Shown: in pieces, positions 1-13,352 of the stretch
Layout: every line of letters starts with the position of its first letter
Numbering within the stretch: position 1 is the first letter of the stretch
From: Okamejei kenojei
Taxonomy: Eukaryota
DNA length: 64,000 nucleotides
Reading direction: 5' to 3'
Assembly: GCA_035221665.1 (NCBI GenBank)
Contig: CM069148.1
Coordinates: 11,656,001-11,720,000, forward strand
Translations under genes and position numbers: made by a program
Notes under the pieces: generated by a model
What the model was told of the DNA's origin: nothing
What the model saw: the letters and a program-made list of their open reading frames with translations, nothing else
Database searches by the model: none

Positions 1-27
1 CTGTCTGGTGTGTTCCTTGGGCTTCAT
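1..27 (-). pseudogene. First 9 codons of a Tc1 transposase (MKPKEHTRQ), continuing beyond the window
   Basis: Reverse complement of 27..1 is ATG AAG CCC AAG GAA CAC ACC AGA CAG, downstream of the left IR/DR and TATA box. Intactness cannot be judged here. Confidence 0.65.
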
Positions 28-413
28 GATGCCCAAGGAACATTGTTCACTAATGTTCTCTAACAAACCTCTGAGGCCTTCACAGAACAGCTGTATTTAT
101 ACTGAGATTAGATTGCACACAAGTGGACTCTATTTACTAATTACGTGACTTCTGAAGACAATTGGTTGCACTGGATTATATTTAGGGGTATCAGAGTAAA
201 GGGGGCTGAATACTTTTGCACGCCACACTTTTCAGTTTTTTATTTGTAAAAAAATTTGAAAACCATCTATAATTTTCCTTCCACTTCACAATTATGCGCC
301 ACTTTGTGTTGGTCTATCGCCTAAAATCCCAATAAAATACTTTTACGTTTGTGGTTGTAACGTGACAAAATGTGGAGAAGTTCAAGGTGTATGAATACTT
401 TTGCAAGCCAGTA
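1..413 (-). mobile_element. 5' end of a Tc1/mariner DNA transposon (IR/DR type, Passport/PPTN-like), cut by the window edge
   Basis: The minus strand from ~413 reads TA-..TGGCTTGCAAAAGTATTCA (outer repeat). An inner direct repeat GCGTGCAAAAGTATTCAGCCCCC lies at ~201-223, a TATAAATA box at 101-94, and an ATG at 27 starts MKPKEHTRQ, resembling Tc1 transposase N-termini such as MKTKELTKQ. Confidence 0.85.
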
Positions 414-1139
414 TACATTCCAATCACAAGCAATTTGTCTTGTTGTAGAAGCATAATCATGGAAACTTACAACAGTGCTAAATCTACATTTGATCATAGA
501 TGTTCATTCATGTTTCTAGAGATGTTTATTTTTCTATATTTGATTCCCTAGCAATTAAATGAAATCCTTTCTATTAGTGTAACATCATATTTAAAGAAAA
601 TGCATTATTTTCTTTGAGCGTGAAAGCTCAGACATCAAAATAAGCGATGGTGGATCTGTCTACCATAGAAAGCAGACAAAGAAACCTGTTACTTGGGCCA
701 ATGCAATGGCAACCTGACTGATTCAGTTGGACGTTGATGACTGGCAGATGCCAATGCAGTCCTCCCAACAGGGTGATGAGCAATGAAATTGGAGTCAGCC
801 GTCAGCCTCTGTGCTGCCAGCAATGCTCTGCATGAACTTAATGCACCCTTCAAGGTTACAGAAAACTCGCAACAATGCTAACTCAACATTTGATTTTCCT
901 AGTTTGTTGCAGTGGCTTATGCATTCACTATTACAATCAATACAATTACATTTTGGTTGCATTTTGGTTTGGTGTGATTTTCAAATATGTTACTTTTATA
1001 TCTTTGCAAACACTTCTCCACCCCACCCCTTTATTTGAAGTGCTTGTGACATACCAAATCTTCGCAAATAAGGAAGCAGTAAAGTTATATTCCAATTCCA
1101 ATCTAAATTCTGAATTTATTTAAATGATCTTCTAGAAAT

Positions 1140-3545
1140 CACTTGACAAAGCTCTTTAACATGGCATTAAATTAAAGAGCTAATTTAATCAATGGGAATT
1201 TCCTGATTAGGAAATTGACTGAGTGACAGGAGACAGGGTGTGAATAATGGGCAGGTAGTGAAATTAGCAGATGAATAGTGGTGACCTACAATTATTTGTG
1301 TTGGAGCTTCACTATTCACTGTATCATACAAGATTCTACATTGGAACCATGCTATTCACTGTATTTATTAATCATTTGGGTGATGGGATAAAAATCCATG
1401 CATTCAGTGTTAAAATTGGCAGCTAATTAAGCACTGTAGATGATAGAAATCAGATGAAAGTAATAAGATAATGAATTGGAAATTGTAGCAAATGGATTCA
1501 GTGCAGGTAAACTTGTGTAATCAACTTGATGGTCAGCAGGAATAGAACAAAATTATAAAAGAATCGTAGAAACGTTACGACACCAAAGGTGGCTATTCGG
1601 CCCGTAGAGAAGGAGCTACCCAACCTAATCCCACTCCTGCAGGCCGCAGCACTTCAAGTACACAAGCAAAGAGTTGTTTAAATGTGATGAGCGTTTCTGC
1701 CTCTGCCACTGCCAGACAGTGAGTTTCAGAACTCTTCTACTCTCTGCGTGAAAAGGAAATCTCCATTCCCCTCCTCCCGTATAATCCTTCTACCAATTAC
1801 TTCAAATCTGTCTCCTGCTTTTGACCCCTCTGCTAAGTGAAACTGGCTCTTCCTATTTACTCGAGGTCCCCATAATTGTATACACATCAAGTCTTTCAGG
1901 CTATACACGTCAAGTCTCTCTAATATAATGAAAACAACTTTAACTAATCCGACTTTTCCTCTTGGTTACAATTAACTAATATCCTCTGCTTCCTTGTCAA
2001 TATGATCACATCTTTTCTGTAATATAGTGAGAAATCATATGCAGTACTCAAATTCTGCCTACTTCCTAAATGATAAAATGCCCAAAACAGTAGAAACCGA
2101 GAGATATGATTTTTGCTATGTAGATTATTAAAGTGCATTATACAGGTAGCCAAAATAATAAAACAAGGTAATTGTAATGAAAAGCATGATCTTGGTATCT
2201 AGAAACCTGCAGCTCACAGGAATAAAGGTTACTATTGCTGAACAAAATTTATGGTAATGGCACAGCTGGAATGCTGTATTTAGTTCTGAATTCCATGGCT
2301 TAAGAGGATCTATTATCCTGGGAGGAAATACAGGATCAGTTTATTAGAACGGTGCTGGGATTGCAAGGGTGAAAATAAATATGTGTAAATTCAGAACTCT
2401 AGAGAATGATTTGACTTACTGGTAAGTTTTCAAAATAATCAGAAGAACTCTTAGAAGTTAGAGAATAAATATTTCTGGTGTTTGTGGCATCCATTGACAA
2501 AATCTTAATAAAAACAATTAGAGCCTAGCCATTCAATCGACAACTTAGAAAATTCTTCAATATGCAATAACGATAGTTAAAATCTGTAACTTCTTCTATA
2601 ATGGGCAGTTAATATCAGGTCATAGTATTATAAGGTTGTATTGCACAGAAAAGGGTTATTTAGCCCATCACATCCATTCTAACCTTTCAGCCCATCTACA
2701 CAAATCCTATTGACCCGCATTAGGTCCATATCCTTCAGTACTGTATCTATTTAAATGCCTATTTAAATTTCTCTTGAACATAAATTCTCTTGAATATGAC
2801 TTCACCACCAACTCTGGAAGTGAGTTCCAGATATCAACCACACTCCGTGTAAACAAAAACTACAAATCTTCTTTAAAACTCCTTTCTCTCACTTTAAATC
2901 AATGTGTTCTTGTTTTTCATATCGCTGCTCTGGGATAAAGATTCTGATTATCTACCCTATCTATGCCTCTTAGAATTTTTTACACCTCTATCAAGTTACC
3001 TCTCAGCTACCACTCCAAGGAACAAAACACACCCTTGCACTTGTTGGATTAAATTCACCACCCAGCTTTCTATCTTATCTATATTCTGACACAGCCTTGG
3101 ATTGATTGGTCTAGCTTTCCCTGTAATAAAGAAGGCCGAGGAGGGGGGGGGGGTGATCTGATAAAGGCATATACAATTATAAAAGGTATAGAGAGAGTAA
3201 AAAGCCAGAACTAGGGCAGGGGAATCAAGAACTGGAGGGAGGGGGAGGGGGAGGGGGAGGGGGGGGGCATGTTTAATGTGAGAAGAAAGACATGTAAAGG
3301 AAGATCTGAAGGGTACATTTATTATTTTCACACTGAAGTTGGTGAACATCAGGAACAAGCTTTCAGAGGTGGAGACGGAAATTAATACATACCTTCTGTT
3401 TAAGAAACATTTAATCAGGCACTTAAATAGGCATGGATTCAGACCAAAAGAAAGATATAGCTAATATAGAAGGTTAGAAAGATTGGCACGAACACGGTGG
3501 TCTGCAGGGCTAGTTTCGGTGTTGTACAACTCTATGACTCTGACT
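1140..3545. mobile_element. Cluster of decayed CR1/HER-type LINE fragments in both orientations
   Basis: Degenerate CR1 RT-like and 3'-tail sequence: + pieces at ~1140-1550, ~2150-2600 and ~3155-3545 (tail ending ctctatgactctgact); - pieces at ~1560-2040 and ~2620-3060. Boundaries are approximate. Confidence 0.55.
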
Positions 3546-6199
3546 TTTCTGTTTGACAATGGCATTGCAGCAATGGGAATGCTGGCTGACATGGCAAGTG
3601 GCTCTTTCCCACCCCCTGTGTGTCTCCAGGCAACAAAGGCTGGCAATATGATGACCAAGTAACCATGCCACTCCTCAGCTGGATAATTGGATTTCGAGTA
3701 AATTGTTATGAGGTCTATGTCTCTGCAAGAGCTGCCAGCCTTGAACTGTAACTCATTCAAGATTCACTCCTGATACTACTTCAAATGCTGCTTTTGTTCT
3801 TGCACCATTTAACATAATTATGTTTTAAAATGGCACACCACTTTTTCATAAAGAATATTCTAAGTATAATTAATTGTGAAAGTTATAAATCTAGACTTTA
3901 CAGATTGTTTTAATTTATTGTTTAAAAAAAGTGTTTCCCCCTGCTATTCAATGCCATGCAGTTTTACTGTTAGTTGTTTGACCCTACATCATTCTTAAGG
4001 TACCTGTGTAGTTATCTGTTTGCAGACATATGAAAACACATACACTGCACAATGCTGCAGTGTTAAGGGCATTGTGCAGTGTGACATTTCTACAGTGCAG
4101 ATTAAACCAAGAAGGCAAGGTAAATCTGAAAGTTAAATGGGATTTAACTAAACCACACAACTGCATTGTGTCAGTTAGAAAGTCAAGAATACTAACACAT
4201 GGTAATGGATTCAAAGTTTTTTTTTGTCTAGAGGTAGTAGATTGTATATACAAGCAATGCCTGCCCATGTGAATCCTCACAAATAGTTGTTGTGTTGGAA
4301 GAAAAAAAGACTATTTGACATGCATGTAATACTTTGGCAACAAGCCGCTGCAAGTCTAAAACCCTGCCAACTGTCATTATCCTTCTGGTAAATTCAGTTC
4401 TTATAAACTGTGTGATAGCATAGGACTGCATAGTTCCCATTGAACCAAAGCTTGTCTGAGTAGCAGCATTTTCCACTCTTGAATGGGACTGTTGGCCTCA
4501 TGGGGATTTGTGTCTTAGAATGTGGTAAGTGATTAGATTGTCCCACATTTTAAAATGATCCACTGTTCTGCTGCTGCTGAAAGACATTTTCTACTCTTCC
4601 CAGCCAGCTTTGTCAAAGCAGTGGATTATCTCTGTGGTTTTCTTTGTGATATGTATTCTAACCTAATGTCAATTTACTCAAGACTTGCAATATATCAGCA
4701 CTGTCCCTCTTTATGGTTAGGAATCTAATTGCCACATGTTTTCTTTAAAATCTGTTAAGGGAATCTGAACTAACACTGCAAAATCTTGTAAAATTAGTTC
4801 ATGAGGATTCTTTGAATCACTGAGACAAGTATAGTTTTTTAATTCTATTTTAAATGTGGTTCCAAATGACTCTTGGCAATCCTAGTAAAATAACACAAAA
4901 TTTTCTTATGCCTTATACTTTTGCTTTATTTTGTTTTTAAATGGACTGATGCATCTGTCAGAATCCCAAATGTGTGAAAGATGTGCCTGTGAACCATAAA
5001 GTACCAGTTATAAAAAAAGAAGAGCTGTTTGTTCCACCAACTCACATCCAAGTGTCACATAGTCAATCCTATTCTTGCACTTTATCCATATTCTTCATTG
5101 TTACTTTTCAAATAGATATGTAATTAACGTTTGGATTTACATACTCTGATTGGCAAATACATATATATAGCGAATATCACAATCTATCACAAGTGCAATA
5201 ATTTTGTTTTAACTTTGCATATTGCTTTTGAATATCTTAAATATATATATCGCTCACTAATTAATGTTTATTGTTCGTTACTATTTTCTCTCAGAGAGTG
5301 TTCTTAAACTTTTTCAGTTCATCCCTTAAACCTTTTCAGTTCATCCCTTATACACTGCTAATGGTAATTTCTCAGCTGAAGTCATATATGCCATTGACCC
5401 AAATAAATAAGTCTGAGATAATTCTAAATAATCTAACAATGTTTTCCAAGGAATATCCATTGGCATAGTGATTTATCAGTGCCTGCAGAAACACAGCTGA
5501 TGGACCTATCTGTGGCTTGAGAGCCATTGCGTTTAGCATTATAGGATGCAACTTACAAACTGGGAGGTTGGGACCTAGTCTTGATCCATCTGGTTGTGGA
5601 GGAGAGAGATTCTGGAAGTTTGGGGTCAGGTTATTGAATCAAGGTGGGAGGATGCCACATCAGAGAACTGAACTTGGGAAGGATTCACATTAGCGGTGCA
5701 GAACTGAGAGAAATGGTCATGGTCTGCTATTCAGTACAATAAGGGGTATGTTGGGAGCTTGAGAAGAACAGGCAAATAAATAAATGACAAGATTCACCTG
5801 AATATAGTCCCTAAAGCTGATCTGGGATCTGTTCAGTGAACCCCCCTTTAAAATCATAATGCTATGAAATCATTTATGTCCAAAAGAATCTTGCACAGAA
5901 AATGGTGTTGTTGGTGTGTGGCTGATATGTGGTCTGCTTATCCACGCAAGTGAGTTTCGTCATTGTAATTTCTCTGGTGGATTTCTAGAGTGGTGTGCTA
6001 TAGTCTTGAAACATTCACAGCTATGGTCCACTGTGAATAAGAATAGTTTTCATGTGTATGGTATTGATAATTCTTCAAAGTGTTGCAATGAACATTAATT
6101 TTTTTGAAATGATACATTGCTAACAAAGGCTGGAAAGTTAGTTTGTAAAGTTTATGCTACTTGTGAGAAATTGTGCCACCAGTACACATTGGGAAATTA

Positions 6200-6320
6200 G
6201 GGTCTCAACCTGAAACATCACCTATTCCATTTCTCCAGAGATGCTGTCTGACCCTGAGTTGCTCTGGCTTTTTGTGTCAATCTTCGGTTTAAACCAGCAT
6301 CAGCAGTTTGTTCCAACACA
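6200..6320 (+). mobile_element. Penelope-derived short terminal fragment
   Basis: agggtctcaacctgaaacatcacctattcc...ctccagagatgctg...ctgagttgctct matches the 3' terminus seen attached to GIY-YIG coding sequence at 24016-24112 and 33926-34020. Confidence 0.7.
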
Positions 6321-6443
6321 CAATTCACTTCTGCACATATCTTCCATTCTGGGGATAAGGTAGAAAAAATAAATAAATTTCTGTTTGTTTTGTAATTATG
6401 AAACCTAGAGTTAAAACACTTTACTGTCTCTCTTTGTATTTAG

Positions 6444-6686
6444 AAAATGCAGATCACCATATAAAATGGGAAACCGTATGCGTATGCAAAGTGGAAAACC
6501 ATCTTTCCGATCTACAGTTGGATTTCATACTTGCTCACAGAGCAGAAGAGCAAGATTTCAAAACTCATTTGAAAGCTGCAGCAAGGTTTCAGCCTGTAAA
6601 AGCAATATTTCAACTCATAAAATGAAATGCAGACTTCGGCTTCCAAGGATCAAAAGATGCTTGAGTGCTCCCCCTGGAACAATTAG
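6444..6686 (+). CDS. DCDC1: DCDC1 coding exon, N-terminal region (KCRSPYKMGNR...RCLSAPPGTIR)
   Basis: Polypyrimidine tract plus TAG acceptor at 6441-6443; donor AG|GTAATT at 6686/6687. It ends in phase 2, and G9757 completes codon AGG in frame with the next exon. SAPPGTIR resembles SAPVGQLR of human DCDC1 as I recall it. Confidence 0.75.
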
Positions 6687-7849
6687 GTAATTACATCCAG
6701 GAACTTAATCTAATGTTTCAAAATTACTTGGGAAAAATTGAATTGTCTTATATGTCTGAGAAATATTACAAAATAGTTGATTTTGTACATTTAAATGCAA
6801 TTACTGTAGCAATATGTGCCAAGCGGATAATCAATTTCCACATTAAGAAAGATTCCACAAACAGCAATGTGATGAATGATCATTGAAACACTTTGGTAGT
6901 ACTGGCTGAATGAAAAATGTTGGCAGTTGAATTTAAATGCTGTTGCCCAAGTAAATAATTATCTGTAAAACATTTGTTATACTTATCCAATCTATTTTTC
7001 AGCCAGTTACTAGCAAAATCATATTATTACAGACTGACTTATTTTATGGCCTGCTAACCTGGAAGGATCAAGACTTGTGATTGGGGCAGTGGGGAGAGCT
7101 TTAAATGAAAGCTTTTCACTGTACCTCGATATACGTGACAATAAATTAAACTCAAACTCAAATGATCAGAAACTGTATGATTGAGGGAGAGGGGAAACGC
7201 CGGAATTCAGCAACATTTCTGATGATAGCTGGATGTTGCTTTCAGTGGTTTGCTCAAATAACTGGGTTTTTTAGGGCATGCCTGGCTGACAGTAGGATGG
7301 AAATATTTCAAGAGAGTGGATTGTGCACAATGATAGGAGGTTCTACAGAAATTGCTTTGCCCATTCATTTCAAATGAGCAAGGTATTTAGGCAAGTATAT
7401 TATTTCCATAAACTGTATGTTTATAAATATTTTAAGTAATTATAAGTGATAAATGTATTCCTTTTTTTTTTACCACTTTGAATAGTTTTAATAGTTGTTA
7501 ATTGGTTTAATGTATTTATGAATGTTTTTCAATGTCATTCACTTTGAAGTTTCCATCTAAGTCAGGAGATGTGGCTTAAAAGCAGAACCTGCTGGAAACA
7601 CTCAGCAGGTCAAGAGGTGCAGCTTAAATAGTTGTCATTATGTTTAAAGATTGGCGTTATTGTGGTTGCCTCATGTGATCCTGTTACATCATTGCATCAG
7701 GCCAGCTTCCCCCCAGCTAATTCCTGCTGGGAGGATCACCCGAGTAAATAATGGATTTATTTTAGAAATTTGGTCATTTCTGCTGCTGTATTGTTGTCTT
7801 TATTGCAATGCTGTTTGTGGGGATTTTACTGTTAATAAAAATTACATCT

Positions 7850-8545
7850 ATGCCCTCTCGATGAAAACGATTCCACCATCTATCCATTTTACGCCTCTTA
7901 TTATTTTATATACCTCTTTCAGGTTACCACTATCCTCCTCTACAGTAAAAAACACCCCAACCTATCCTCTCTTTCTCTCTCTCTATAACTAACATTCTCC
8001 AAACTAGGCAACATCCTGGTGAATTTCATCTGCCGTCACTCCAGCACCAATCATATTCATCCGATATTGAGGCGCTCAGAACTGCATACATTACTCTGCA
8101 CAAATGCGGTCTAATCAGTCTTTTGTAAAGTTGCAACATAATCACCCAACTTTTATTTCTATGCCCCGACATGTGAAGGCAAGTTTGCCATATATCTTTG
8201 TCACATCGACCTGGTTTCCTACGATCAGGTAACAATGGATTTGAACTCAAAGGATCCTCAGCTCATCAGCATTTCTTCATCCTCTATTATTTATTATATC
8301 TGTCTTATCCCTTTTTGATTTCCCGAAACGACATCCGCTCACTCTTGTCAGAATTAACTTGCAACAGTCAATGCTTCACCCAACTTTCCTCATTATCCAC
8401 AACACTATCAACTTTCAAAACATCCATAAACTTATTGATCAAACCTCCCACATTCACATCCAATTGTTAATATACATCACAAACCACAAAGGTTGCAGCA
8501 CCAAGCCTGTGGTACACCACTGGTCACAGATTTACAATCAGAAAA
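7850..8545 (-). mobile_element. Decayed CR1/HER LINE ORF2 3' region
   Basis: Minus-strand ORFs contain CR1-like RT motifs SVTSGVPQ and IMLQLYKRLIRPHL. Confidence 0.7.
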
Positions 8546-9756
8546 GTACTTCTGAGCATGCACAGCCAACCACACGACTTGAAAGTCCGATGGTGATGGC
8601 TGTTCCCTCTTCTCTTGATTGTAGTGGCAGAATAGTGACTCATTGAGGAGAGGGTTGGGCGCACACTGCATTTGCTTCTCACTGTTATGTCAGGGAAAAT
8701 AGGTCTAGGTACAGCTGTCCCTCTGAATAAACGTAGTGGAGATACCTGTTTTATGATATTTTACTTGATATTTTAATTAATTGTTGGTATTTTTAACACA
8801 TTTATTGCTTCCTTTTTTGATTAATAGTCATAAACTCATAGCGTGGAAATAGACCGTTCGGCCTAACTTGCCATACCGACCAGCATGTCCCATTTACACT
8901 AGTCCCACCAGCCTGCATTTGGCCCATATCCCTCTAAACTTGTCCTATCCATGTACCTGTCTAATATGTATTTTTTAATTAGTTAAGTGGTTTTAATAAT
9001 CATCGATGTTTATAAGTTTTGACAGCCAGCGAGATGTCAATAGCATTCCCAGATCATAGATGTTGAGGAACGTTGCTTCAAGATCCACAGCCTGAAATGT
9101 ACTCACTGCCTGTAACCTGTTCCACATTGAGGAATGCTTATTGGACATGGTGGGTCAGCTTGTTCAGTCCTGCGCATGATGAAGAAGTAACCATGGGTTA
9201 GACAGTGATGGCAGGCGGCAGCAAGCCTGGGCAGGACCAAGAATCTAGTCGGGCAATTTAAAACTCCTCCCATGCTGTTATCATTAGTTCTATTGGAAAA
9301 TGGAAAAAAAAAATCAGTTTGGCTCTGAAGGTGCACACTGAAGGCAATGTTCTTTGTGACAGATACTAAATAATCTTTATGCTTGATACTGAGCTGATGT
9401 CTGTACAAACATGTTAACAATTGCCCTCAGATTTTATCTCAATGGTTGATAAATTGCTGGAATTAGTTGGGATTGTCACTTTAAAATGGTTTTCTGAAAT
9501 TGGCAGGCTAGATTAGCGATGATGGGACCAAACGTGAGCATTGCTGGTCACGGCCTCACTGACTGGTAAAATAGCTTGACTGGTAAAATACCTATTAGCA
9601 TACTCCCGATTTTATGTTCTTAATCACCTACATAATCTACTCAATTTTTTTCTTTTCACAGTCATGCATTTGCTTAACATATTAAATACATCACTATTAT
9701 TTTATCTTGCTTATTGTTACTTGATTCACGCACTGAATTAATTTCATTTTACACAG

Positions 9757-9916
9757 GAAGGTACATTCTTCATTTTCTTCAAGGATGCTGACAGCTCATA
9801 GAGATGGCAAACAAAAGCCACTCTTTAAACGTCAGGAGTGGATCATAAAAGTGACAGCCTTCAAGAATGGGACACATAATAACCCTACAAAAATTGCAGT
9901 ACCTAGCATCAAAATG
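9757..9916 (+). CDS. DCDC1: DCDC1 coding exon, start of the first DCX-like domain (IIKVTAFKNG...KIAVPSIKM)
   Basis: Acceptor ttttacacAG|G at 9756/9757; donor ATG|GTAATG at 9916/9917; phases 2 to 0. The KVTAFKNG motif is typical of the doublecortin domain N-terminus. Confidence 0.92.
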
Positions 9917-10264
9917 GTAATGGCTTATATGAAGAAATTCTTTTTAGCACTAGGTACAATAGCAGTTCTAAGATAGATATGCCAGCTATTGCTCATGAAT
10001 AATTTAATTTTTAGATCTTGTATTTCTCTGCAATTTATTATTTTTAGACTGATAATCTTTGTGAAGACTCAACATTCCTGGGGTATTATTCACGGAGGCA
10101 TCCGCAACATGTTACATTGTAGAAATTGGAGCTTATAATAATTATTTTAGGAGCATAAAAGGACAGTGAAGCACAGTTTAGAAGCTCAATGTTCTGTGCT
10201 TTAGGAACCTGCAACATATATCTGGCTCAAAATTGGGTCAAGCAATGTCAATGTAGGCAAAAGG

Positions 10265-10790
10265 TTTGTATGGACAGGGTGGCGAAGAAAATTTTTGGCA
10301 GGCTTGCCTTCATTGGGAAGGTTATAGAGTACAAACGCTGGTGCATCATGATGCAGCTGTACAAGTCGTTGGTGTGACTACACTTGGAGTACTGGTTGTG
10401 CAGTTCTGGTTGCCCAGCTATAGAAAGGAGGAAAGTTGGAAAAGGTTGGGTTCACCAGGCTGTTAGCTAGACTTATTGAAGTATATGAAAATCACGAGAG
10501 GCACGAATAAAGTGATCAGATCACCCACAATCTTTTTCCCAGCATAGACGAGTCTAAGACTAAGAGCACGGGCTGAAGGTGAGAGGGAAGAGGGGAGAGA
10601 TTTAGTTGAGACCTTAGGGGCAACCTATCACTCAGAATGTAGTACTAGCTGCCAAACAAAGCTATAAAAACGGATATAATTCCAACTTTGAAAAGCCATT
10701 TGACAGATATATGGATAGGAATGTTTTAGACAGATATGGACCAAATGCAGGCAAATGGTACTAGTCCAGAATGCCTGTATAGCTCAATGA
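10265..10790 (+). mobile_element. CR1/HER LINE 3' fragment
   Basis: Translates to KKIFGRLAFIGKVIEYKRWCIMMQLYKSLV..VQFWLPSYRKE, followed by the HER-like 3' UTR (gatatggaccaaatgcaggcaaatgg). Confidence 0.75.
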
Positions 10791-11379
10791 CTATGGCGAA
10801 GTGTAAATCGCCATTGGGGGCTGATCAGGACTGGGAGGAAAGTGGAAATATTGTCAATACATGCAGCTCACGGATTAAGAAAGCATTCCATTCGTAGTAA
10901 CTGTTCATAACCTGGATTCTTTGCAAATTGGAAATAAACAGGGTCACAGAAACAGCTATGCCACGAGAGCAAGAAGACAAGGGAAGAGTGGCCACTAGCT
11001 GGCCTTCCCGATTAAGTGAGTGAATCTGGTTGTGGCAATCTCACACTCACTGGGCAGAAGATGTCTGCAACCCCTGCAGCATCTGGCAAAACCATCCCCA
11101 TGAAGACCTTTGAACAGCCAGCACAGTGGCTCAAATCACTGATACCCACTGAAAATATTACCCCTCAATAGCATTCAGCCACATGGCAATGCTCCAACCA
11201 CACTGGCTAACTCCATATCACGATTCAACTCACAGTCACCAGTGAAGCTCGAGAAAGTTAGGGAACAAAAAATAGTTTAGAAATTTATTGGAAAATGTTC
11301 GTGAAGTCAAACATTTGTAGGTCGGCTTTCGTAACCCTGGGACTGGCCGTATATAGCAGTATAAGAGGAGGGGTGAAAA

Positions 11380-12140
11380 AGAGGCTGGTCGATGATAGAT
11401 GGGAGGAGATGGGTGGATGATGGGCAGGTGGAACTAGTTGGGGCAAAGGTACAGGAAACAAGTGGAGAAGAAAATGAGGTGGATAGTGATGTGCATGGGA
11501 GAAGAACACGGGGGTATCCCATTGGGTGTAAGCTACCCAAGTGGAATATGGCGTGTTGTTCCAATTTGTGTTTGGCAATTCTGCAGCAATAGAGAAATTG
11601 AAGGACTGAGAGGGTGGTGCGGGAGTGGGAAGGAGAGCTAAAATAACATCCAACAAATTTTGCAGTTTCAGGTCCTGACCTTTGCCTTCCACACACAACC
11701 CACCTGTCCACTTAGTTTTTTTCTCTCTGTGTTCACCTTTTCCAATCAACTTCCACTACCTGGTTCAATCTGTTTATCATCCCCTCCCCATCCGGTTCCA
11801 ACCATCACCTATCAGCATGACTCTTCTTCCCCACTCAGTGTCATCTTCCCATAACTTCCTCACCATCCAGTTCCACCTATTACCTATAAGCCTCTATTGT
11901 ACAATTTCCCCTAACCTTCCATCTTGTACTTCTATATACTGGCCATCTTTTCTCTTCCCCCTCAGTTCTGATGCAGGGTCTTAGTCAGTTCTGATGCAGG
12001 GTCTTAGTCAGTTCGGATGCAGGGTCTTAGTCAGTTCTGATGCAGGGTCTTAGCAGCTTTGGTCTCCACAAGCTTGACTTGTTGAGTTTCTCCAGCATTC
12101 TGTTTTAATTTTTCAGATTAGCAGCATCTACAGATTCTTT
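11380..12140. mobile_element. Old Penelope-like element remnant with inverted arrangement
   Basis: The minus strand at 11500-11640 encodes KHKLEQHAIFHLGSLHPMG (PLE GIY-YIG C-terminus). A + strand pyrimidine-rich 3' region and terminal motif (gagtttctccagcattctg) follow. Confidence 0.6.
11962..12053 (+). repeat. Tandem repeat, 4 x 23 bp (TCAGTTCTGATGCAGGGTCTTAG)
   Basis: Units start at 11962, 11985, 12008 (one T>G) and 12031. Confidence 0.95.
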
Positions 12141-13352
12141 TGCCTTTATACAAATTTTATGCACAGAATAGTTCTATTTTAGCAAATTATGCTGTTAAAA
12201 GGACATTAAATAACTTTGTATCTATCAATAGTTGCAGCATTTGCTTAATAATATTTTCCGTGTTAAGAAGGAATAACATCAGGATTCTTTATATTCTGCT
12301 GATACAATGCAACACGGCATCAGAAACAAACGTACCATATCCATTGATCGAATACTAAGATCATGAGAAAACTCCTGATCTTAATGGCTGTTGGATTAAT
12401 TAAATTGACACTTACCTTTCCAGTGTCACATATGGGATCAACCTGTCTGAGTCCAGCAGTAAGTTTGGTGACAGTGGTGATGGGGCAGATGGTGTTGGGT
12501 GGGCTGGGGCGAGGAAGAGAAATGGTTGTTTCTCCACTGCAACAATACCCTCAACTGTAATAATATGAGTAATAATTTGAGGTTCATACAATTAACCTGG
12601 CAGCATGCTGGAGTTGGGTCTAAGCAAGATTCTGGAACTCAGAATAGGAAGCCATGAAAAACATATATATTGTATATAATATATATATATTGTAATATAA
12701 AATATATGTGTATTTCTGATATGTGTTGATTTTAAAAGTTGTTTCAGTTCACATATTATGTGTGAGTAAAGAATCTAAAAACAGTTGCTAGCAATGAACC
12801 TAACTATCATTATAATTACCACTGTTGAACTAATATTTCAATCCATTTGGCAATTTGCTGCTGTTGATAAGATGATTCAATAAGCACTCCAGCACACTGG
12901 AAAAGACTCATGGATATATTGCTATATTAAAGAGATAACTTTACATACGCTACATTTTCATAAGCTACCATTTTGTGTAAGGGTTAGTGGATTTTTGTTT
13001 GTATTCAAAGAATGAATTAAGATCTGAGTATGGTGATAGCATTTAGTACAAAACTGTATAATTTAGTTTGTACCACATAGAAAAACTAGAACATTTGTGT
13101 AGTCTTCTCTCAGTCTTTTTTCTTTGAAATCAAATTATCTGGTATTTGAATTTTTTTGGCACCATGTGTCAATTTTACTTTATTATGTTTCAGAAGTGTT
13201 TGTCATTATTAAGAATGAAACTGGTTTAATTATTACTGATATCGCAAATGAAAAATAATTAATTAAATTATTTATAATTTTACTATAATTTCAAAACTAT
13301 ATTTGAAGATAATTTTATTGTATTTATGGTTGATTATTTATTTCATTCTCAG

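Noticed and set aside
647-721. Short ATG-initiated frame as the DCDC1 first coding exon
   Set aside because: It stops after 24 codons, has no suitable phase-2 donor, and does not resemble the DCDC1 N-terminus.
6398-6625. Alternative ORF frame (ENADHHIKWETVC...) as the DCDC1 exon reading
   Set aside because: It stops at 6625, before the donor at 6686. Only the KCRSPYKMGNR frame splices in frame to the next exon.
11962-12053. 23-bp repeats as a CRISPR array
   Set aside because: The units are head-to-tail with no spacers, there are no cas genes, and the context is a vertebrate intron.
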